DNA of 63,668 nt, filler included, from Chrysochromulina tobinii (taxonomy: Eukaryota), in NCBI GenBank assembly GCA_001275005.1. It is 8 parts of 8 records of this genome, joined end to end, with 100 filler letters (N's around TTAATTAATTAA, not from the genome) between each part and the next. Parts side by side here need not be neighbours in the genome. Positions count along the whole stretch, not along the records: positions 50,845 to 58,443 come from JWZX01000377.1; positions 58,544 to 63,668 come from JWZX01000380.1; 6 more parts are not named here. One strand, written 5' to 3'. The translations under genes were made by a program, and so were the position numbers. Positions within the stretch are counted from its first letter, which is position 1; each line of letters opens with the position of its first letter. The notes under the pieces are model-generated. The model did not search any database. It was not told the DNA's origin and saw only the letters and a program-made list of their open reading frames with translations. Positions 57,137 to 63,668 of the stretch are shown here, piece after piece.

Positions 57137-58443
57137 TGCTGCCCTTCGACTTTCTTGTGTCCATGCCATCCCTGTGTCCATGCCATTCAGTATGCCATGT
57201 TGCCATTCGGTCCTGCGTGCGCGCATCCCGCTTGTGTGCATGCCATGAGCACACGCGCATGGAGAGAGTGCATGCGCGCATGGAGAGAGTGCACGCGCGC
57301 GCAGAGAGCTGCAGACGTTGGCGAGTGCGGAGCGACGACTGGCGGCTGACGAGGCGAGCGTGAGCTGAGCTGAACGGCGTGAGGGAGAGGGTTATCGGAC
57401 TGCGCCTTCATTGCGCTGCAGCACGGGCCCTCTCACTTGCGCTGGTCATCTCGACGAGCGTGACGCGGCGCCAGCCGACCTCGAGCACCTCGGCCGACAT
57501 CACGTTAGGATCTCTCCGAGCTCAACGCGGACAAGTACTAGAAGCGCGCGCATGAGAGCCTCGGCGTCGTCCAGAAGCGAGCAGGTGCGCCCACCGTCGG
57601 CGCGGCGGTTCGGGGGCGTGGGGAGCTCTACGAACTGGATACCGTGGCGGGTGATGGCGGGGCTCGGGACGCGTCGGCGGGCGAGGTCCGATCCAGCGAG
57701 TGCAGCCGACGAGGGGCCGGTCCCTTGTGTGCTGCCGTTGGTGTAGGTGACCTGACGCACAGGCCGCGCTGCAACACCACTGTTGACTACGAGAACTTCT
57801 TGGCCGACGACAGGCTGGGCCCGCGAGCGGGCTTTCAGACCACGCGGCCAGCCAGGCGCCTATCCCCTCTTTCTCTCCCTCAGTCCCCCCATCTTATGCT
57901 CGACGCCACGGTCGAACTCGAGCCGATTTCCTCTTCGGCGTAAGAGTGGCGCTCATCGGCTCGAGATCGGCCCGTTACTTCTCACCTACTTCTTCTCCGA
58001 GGGCACGTATGTCAGCATCTATGACGTGTCACCTCATTATGGACCCCCCTCCGTCATCTCCGCCCACTCCCGTCCTCCCCTGCTGGCTTCCGGAGCACAT
58101 TCGATAGGCTTCCGTATGGTTGTCTGTAATTTATGTATAGACTTGACTTGACTTGACGTTAGCAACTATTCATATGGAAAGGTTAACACGGAGCTGATAC
58201 ACGTATGTGAAATCATCAAACTAATCATTGTTACATGTACAATGTACCCAGAATCCTGAAACCCGGATTCCAGACGCCCACGATCTGCCCCAGGATGCGA
58301 TTTGGCAGCGTCCACGTCGACGAACACGCAAGCGTGCGTGCGGCGGCCGAAGATCCGTCCGAACGCGGCACTAGTGTGTGTAGAGTATCGCACGGCCCGA
58401 TGTCGTTTCAGTAACGTACGGTAGGGACCGGTAGGGTTTTGTG

Positions 58444-58543
58444 NNNNNNNNNNNNNNNNNNNNNNNNNNNNNNNNNNNNNNNNNNNNTTAATTAATTAAN
58501 NNNNNNNNNNNNNNNNNNNNNNNNNNNNNNNNNNNNNNNNNNN
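58444..58543. other. Artificial contig spacer
   Basis: N44-TTAATTAATTAA-N44. Confidence 0.99.
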
Positions 58544-58673
58544 GAGCTGGGTGGAAGGGCGGGAGTGGGTCGTGCACGCGGTTGCGGCTCGTACCTCTAT
58601 GTCGTCGCAGTTGACGATGAGCGGTACGCGCACGTCGTCCGCTTCTTCTGCTGTTGCTGGCCGAAGTAGATGA

Positions 58674-59279
58674 GGATGCCACCGAGCACCCCCACCCGCA
58701 GGTGCAGCAAAGCGCCCAGCAGCAGCAGCACCAGCCAAGAAGCAGCAGCCACCAGCCAAGACTCAGCGGAAGGCCCAAGGTACCTCCACGCGCCCGCCTG
58801 CATCACGCTGGGTGCAGGTTCGCCGCCCTGACGGAGCGGACTTGGCGATGCGCACAGAAGCTGATGACGACGCCCCGTTCCACAGCGACCAGTTCGGCAT
58901 CTACCACGACGAGTGCGTCGCCATTGTGAACGAGAAGATTTCGAAGAACGGCACCAAGTACTACGAGGCTGTCAAGGGGCAGCTGCGAGGCTGGGTCAAG
59001 GCCATCTATGTGTTCTTCAAGGAGGTCGACGCTGAGTACGAGGTGGAGAAGGTTGTGCGCCACCGGACGGCTCGCAAGAAGGTCATGTTCGAGATCAAGT
59101 GGAAGGGCTTCAAGGATACTACATGGGAGCCCCCGGAGAACATCAAGCACCTTCGAGAGTACCGTGACTACTGCACAACAAACGGCCTTGAGGTCTTTGC
59201 TCTTTCTGATGATTCGAGTGACGACGACGATGAGGAGGACAAGGAGGACGACGATGGCGATGAGGAGGATTCCGAGTGA
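58674..59279 (+). CDS. SH3-like + chromodomain protein with acidic tail (5' end unresolved)
   Basis: EYEVEKVVRHR....VMFEIKWKGF..TTWEPPENI is a clear chromodomain. It is preceded by YYEAVKGQLRGWVKAIYV (SH3-like) and followed by a D/E tail. Confidence 0.72.
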   Translation, partial: GCHRAPPPAGAAKRPAAAAPAKKQQPPAKTQRKAQGTSTRPPASRWVQVRRPDGADLAMRTEADDDAPFHSDQFGIYHDECVAIVNEKISKNGTKYYEAVKGQLRGWVKAIYVFFKEVDAEYEVEKVVRHRTARKKVMFEIKWKGFKDTTWEPPENIKHLREYRDYCTTNGLEVFALSDDSSDDDDEEDKEDDDGDEEDSE

Positions 59280-59494
59280 CCAGTGATGTGTGTGTGTTCA
59301 TGCAGGGAGGCGCTTTCATGCGCTTCTGTGAGCGCTGCAGCTCTAACGTGAGTTATGATGCGCGCGCTTTCATTTGGTCTGAGTCTGTGTTTCGATCTCG
59401 TAGTGCGGCGCGTGTGTTATCTCGATTAGATCTCGTATCCAATCTCGTGATCTCTCATGTACTGTGAATGATGCGTGTGAATACACACAGACAG

Positions 59495-59622
59495 CACTAT
59501 TAGCTCAATAATTGGGCTCACTACTATTGAGCCAATTATTGGGTCCGACTCAATTATTGGGGCCCCAAAACCAACTATTGAGCGGATCATCAATTATTGA
59601 CCCAATTACTCCCTCAATAGTG
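59495..59622. mobile_element. Candidate MITE/foldback element with CACTATT...AATAGTG ends
   Basis: AT-rich island with 7-bp inverted ends and four internal CAATWATTG palindromes; no target-site duplication seen. Confidence 0.4.
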
Positions 59623-60224
59623 TTGCTGTGCGCTCCGGTCGCGACGGCAGCACCACGCACGACGGACGCGGCCGCGCCGTCTGGGCGTTTCTGCGGCGGT
59701 GCAGGGGTCTGCCGTGGTCTCGCGTGGTCTGGGGAACATAACGAATCGGCTCAGGTGAGAGGTGTCAGGATCCTTTGGCGAGAGGATTTTTCGATGCGCC
59801 GCGCGTGGGTCGTTTCTCGTTAGGGGGGCGGCCCCACTCTCGTCTCGCGCTCTCGCCCTCCGTCCCGGCTGTGGGATACCTGTGGGGGCGAGGGTGTGAT
59901 GACGCAGGTGGTGACGTATCGAGTCACGAGTGTTCTAGCGCGTACAAGGACAAAGCGCGTCGTCGTTAAAAGACACGATAGTCTAAAAACTAAGTCAGTA
60001 CACAGCTGTACGGAGCGTAGATCGTGTAGTCCTTCTATACTGTCGAGAGCCCGTGACGGATCTATAAAGTGCACCCGGAGAAGTGCGTGAGAGTAGCGAT
60101 CTAAGAAAGTAAACTGTTCAGAGTTCAGTATAACAGTTAATAGGTCAGCGACAGCGGTTAATGTCAGTAGGCCTGTAGGGCCGTAGGTATAAGACAGATC
60201 TACTACTTGCCTATAGCCCGCCCT

Positions 60225-62178
60225 TCAAGGCACATAGTCGGAAGCGCAAGCGCGCACCGCATGACTGGTGCAAGGATCAAACGTGCATCGGCTGTACGTG
60301 AAGTTGGGATGATGGGCGCTCTCGAGGTGCAAGTAGGGCGCCCTGGACACATTCCTGAGCACGGCGGCTGCTTCATGCAGGCTGGCGAGCCCAAACACCC
60401 ATTTGGTCGCCTCGAGGTCCAGCCCTCGGCCGTGTGGATTTTGTCTGCCGTGCCGGGTCAGCGAGCCCAGTGAGCTGGTGCGCAAGCGATTGATTTGACT
60501 GATCATCTCGGTACGTGTGAGCAGGCTGAGCTGGAGGGAGTCCACCCGAACGTGTGAGGGGTCGTGCAGCTTGGGGAGAGGCCGAGCGCTCACGTCGCGG
60601 CGGCGGCGCTGTTTGACGCTTCGTGCACTCGCAAGCACGTTCGTCAATCGGATCGTGCAGCTCGTGATGGCATCCCATAGCATTATGAACTCGGTCGTCG
60701 CTGTGACGGTGAGGTTCTGCCTCAGGTAGGTGGGATCCATCGTATACAGCGCGTCCGCCTGCAGCTCAGGGAATGGCCAGAGTTCTTGAAAATAGTGCAT
60801 CGAAGGAAGGCATTGGCACCCGTCGCAGTCGATGCGAAGCGCACCCATATTTGGCCGCGAGGCAGAGACCAGGTAGCCGAGTCGCACACTGAGCGGGGAG
60901 CACACCGCGCCACTCGGACCGACCCTCAACACGGCATCGACGTGGCTGGACGCGAGTCCTAGCTTGAGGACTCCTTTGGCCTGGCCTTCATCCACGAGGG
61001 ACCAGTCGCTCAGCTCTGCCGTGGCGTTCGGAGAGGTGCCGACGTTGGGAGGCTGTGCGGGTACCGGTAACGATGGTGGATGGTTGCCAGAGAGAGGCAC
61101 AGGAAGGACTGGCAGAGGTCCAGCTGGTCGCTCTCGCACCAAAGGGAGAGCACTCGGCGCGCGGGGGAGCTCTGCGTGTTGGCGAGGGATCTGGTCAGCA
61201 CGATTCCAGCACTGACTCCAATGAGACGGTAGAGCCTTGGGCGGGTCGCTCAGAGCGTGCCGACGAGACGAGCGCCGCGCTCCCACATCAGTGCCGCAGC
61301 CGAGCTGAAGCAGTCGTGAGATGACGAACCGCGCAGTGATCGCACCGATCAGCGCATGGCCGACAGCTGAGGGATGAACATCGTCAAGCCCTCGTTGTGC
61401 GTACGTGTACGAGTGGTTGAGGAGGCCACTCAGATGCAGCTGGGCCACGGCCTCATTCACAGGCACGATGTCGGCTTCTTCGGCGGAGGCGGCCTCACTC
61501 ACCTCCCGGGGCAGCGCCTGATTACGCCGGATCCACTTCACAAACGCCACGGCCGCGTCGGGTGCCACCATACGGACGGCACGGACCAATGCCGAGGGAT
61601 CGCCACCCCAGACGTTTGTGGCGACTTCGAGCAAGATGACATCCGCTCCTGCGGAAGGCAGGTGTGTGTGCGTGCACGTGGTGAAGTAGCCCACACCCAC
61701 AGCATTCTTGTGCGAAACGGCAACCTCGGGCGTCTTGGTCACGCGCAGACCCTCCAGGCAGCTGAGCTCACTAGTGTGGTTTTGCGCAAGCCGGCACCGC
61801 AACGCCATGGATCCATGAGCGGTCTAGCGAGCAGCCACGCACAATCACACGCCTCGAACCATTGAGAGAGGCCAACTCCCATGCTTCGCCCGACCCGCAT
61901 CCAGCGCTCGAGGACACGCCAATGACAGCCACTCGTAGACTCCCTCTTCGACCAACCGCATCAGCGACTCGCCTCCACTGCTGTTGCACGGATGATGCCC
62001 GAGTTCTCAAAGCGGCTCGAATGGCCGACAACCACGCTGGTGGTAGCTTGCGCTCGTCGTTCGGCAAAGGCGGAAGAGACATCATGCCACGTCCACTGAT
62101 CTCGTTGATCTCGGTTACCCGCCGCGCAAGCCCATACGAGTGGCTGGCGGTAAGGTCGAGTTCGAGGCAGCGTTGCAT
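60225..62178 (-). pseudogene. SGNH/GDSL-like hydrolase-fold gene with an apparent frameshift near 61810 (pseudogene or assembly error)
   Basis: Block I VAVIGVSSSAGCG lies in ORF 61771-62178. Blocks KNAVG, DVILLEVATN and DDVHPSAVGH lie in ORF 60225-61808, in another frame. Confidence 0.55.
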
Positions 62179-62460
62179 GCTTTCCGCGGCTTGCTCGTCT
62201 GCATGTTTATTTGGGCCCAGGGGGCGAGGGCTGGGGACCCGCTTTAATCGTTCGGTGGAACAACCAGGATGCCTGGATTACGGTCTGTGAACCGCTAAAC
62301 GCGCGCATTCCACCCTAGAAACTTTTACGCGACCTCATTTACGACCTCATTCTCATACAGACACACACATCTTCGTACTTCGACGACCCCTCTTCTGAGG
62401 TTCTGAGACACAGACACACCGTGGAACAATACGGGGTACAGGTCGAGATACCTACTGAGG

Positions 62461-62510
62461 CTCACTCACTCACTCACTCACTCACTCACTCACTCACTTA
62501 ACTCACTCAC
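62461..62510. repeat. (ACTC)n microsatellite
   Basis: About 12 tetramer units. Confidence 0.9.
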
Positions 62511-62652
62511 GATCATCCGGATGCACGGCTCCGCCGTTGTCAAGGTGCGTCAGCCAGCGCTCGTACTCCTCGGTGGAATCGTACGCATCGTACGCTTCGT
62601 GCTATAACGCGCTATAACCCTAACCCTCTCTCGGCTCAGGCGACTCACTGAC

Positions 62653-63668
62653 TCACGGTACATGTAATCCCCCTGTCGGTGCGAGTATCGGTGCGATGCG
62701 GTACGCGACGGTGAAAAAGTGGCTCCCTGAGCCACTCGACGCAGCGTCGGAACAGGTGACAATGCGCATGCGAGAGTTGCCCGTCGCGCAAACAAACATG
62801 AGGTCGCGCGCCACGCCAGCGATGCACGCGTCCCTACTGACTGTATCGTGCCAGTTATCAACGGTGGGCTTGCGCGCCTCCCTGATGTCTGGGCAATGCC
62901 TACTAGGATGGCCTGCGCCGCACCTGTCGCAGGGTGGGCCTTGCGGCTCGAGCTGGCGAGCTGCCTCCGCCCAGTCCTGCTCAAAAAAGGCCATGGTGAC
63001 TGCATCCACTTCCGTCATGTTCAAATAGCGAGAGAGCGGGCGCCTCCGCTGGCGCACAGCCTCGGTCATCTCCTGGTCGGAGAAGAGCTTACACTGTGCG
63101 TTGGCAAAGGCAGTCACGTGATCGTGCACACTGCTCCGAACGTCAGCGGAGCGCCAATCCGGGGCTCCGAACATAAGGCACGACACTTTGCCCGAGACAA
63201 TGCCGCAGGTCAACTTGTACTGTGAAGTGGAGCGATCCACGGCGGGCACTTCGAAGCCGATCGCGTGGAGATAGTCACGCAAATCGTCGGACACTCTGCA
63301 CCCGTCGTAGAAATCGACGATCCTCGCTTCCATCCGTAGATCCGGATACGAGAGACGAGTCCAATTGCCCGGCGCTGGGAAGCGCGGCCACGCAAAGGGA
63401 AAGTGTTCGGTCGGGCAGGCGGTAGTCACAAGAGCCGCATTTTCGCGCTCCACTGCGTGTAAGTTGACCCGGCGTGGGTCCGCTCGATCCTGACGCTTGC
63501 GCTTGCGCTCGCGGCTTCTCCGTGCGTCGTCGTAAGCGCCAAACGCGGCCTGTGAACGCCGAAAGGCCTCTAGCCGCAAGATGGCCTCTGCTGGGTCAAC
63601 ACGCTCAGCGCCACTAGCGGCTTCAGCCTCGACGTAGGCATCGAGGCACACAGCATGCACATCCAGAT
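62653..63668 (-). CDS. Intronless hypothetical protein with CCHC-type zinc knuckle, 5'-partial
   Basis: Open to the window end; CDRCGAGHPSRHC at 62893-62931; basic NLS-like RERKRKR. Confidence 0.55.
   Translation of the reverse strand, partial: LDVHAVCLDAYVEAEAASGAERVDPAEAILRLEAFRRSQAAFGAYDDARRSRERKRKRQDRADPRRVNLHAVERENAALVTTACPTEHFPFAWPRFPAPGNWTRLSYPDLRMEARIVDFYDGCRVSDDLRDYLHAIGFEVPAVDRSTSQYKLTCGIVSGKVSCLMFGAPDWRSADVRSSVHDHVTAFANAQCKLFSDQEMTEAVRQRRRPLSRYLNMTEVDAVTMAFFEQDWAEAARQLEPQGPPCDRCGAGHPSRHCPDIREARKPTVDNWHDTVSRDACIAGVARDLMFVCATGNSRMRIVTCSDAASSGSGSHFFTVAYRIAPILAPTGGLHVP

Noticed and set aside
57411..58151. Possible gene upstream of the LOX fusion
   Set aside because: Short ORFs in several frames, with no coherent splice model or motif.
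15690..58543. Seven identical TTAATTAATTAA motifs as a biological repeat, and gene clustering across them
   Set aside because: Each is embedded in exactly 44 N on both sides; they are artificial joins, so neighbours across them are unrelated.
62615..62627. TAACCCTAACCCT as a telomere
   Set aside because: Only two units and internal to the contig.
1..63668. rRNA, tRNA, transposase or reverse-transcriptase genes
   Set aside because: None recognised by eye; a covariance-model or HMM scan would be needed to exclude them.

Overview
This is not one locus but eight short contigs (1-15689, 15790-21999, 22100-29002, 29103-32709, 32810-39562, 39663-50744, 50845-58443, 58544-63668) joined by identical 100-nt N44-TTAATTAATTAA-N44 spacers, so adjacency across spacers means nothing. 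The DNA is GC-rich and eukaryotic, with spliceosomal introns. Gene content (CDC23/APC8, plastid-targeted ABA4-like protein, flagellar FAM166-like repeats, Pro/Cys-rich surface proteins) and introns filled with ~10-bp tandem repeats suggest a haptophyte alga; this is inference. I spliced the main genes by hand. Highlights: (1) a 13-exon, 1225-aa gene fusing an N-acylation motif, a C2 domain, an atypical CYP74-like cytochrome P450 and a complete lipoxygenase, which looks like a single-chain oxylipin synthase; (2) a class of introns whose ends are direct copies of the flanking exon and whose interiors are strand-polarised CTRAT decamer arrays plus a shared ~25-nt motif, consistent with ongoing intron gain; (3) an IRAK/Pelle-like kinase with a C-terminal RxxxxH HEPN-like domain; (4) a DUF1800-DUF1501 fusion with ten such introns. 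All domain calls come from reading motifs by eye; no searches were run.
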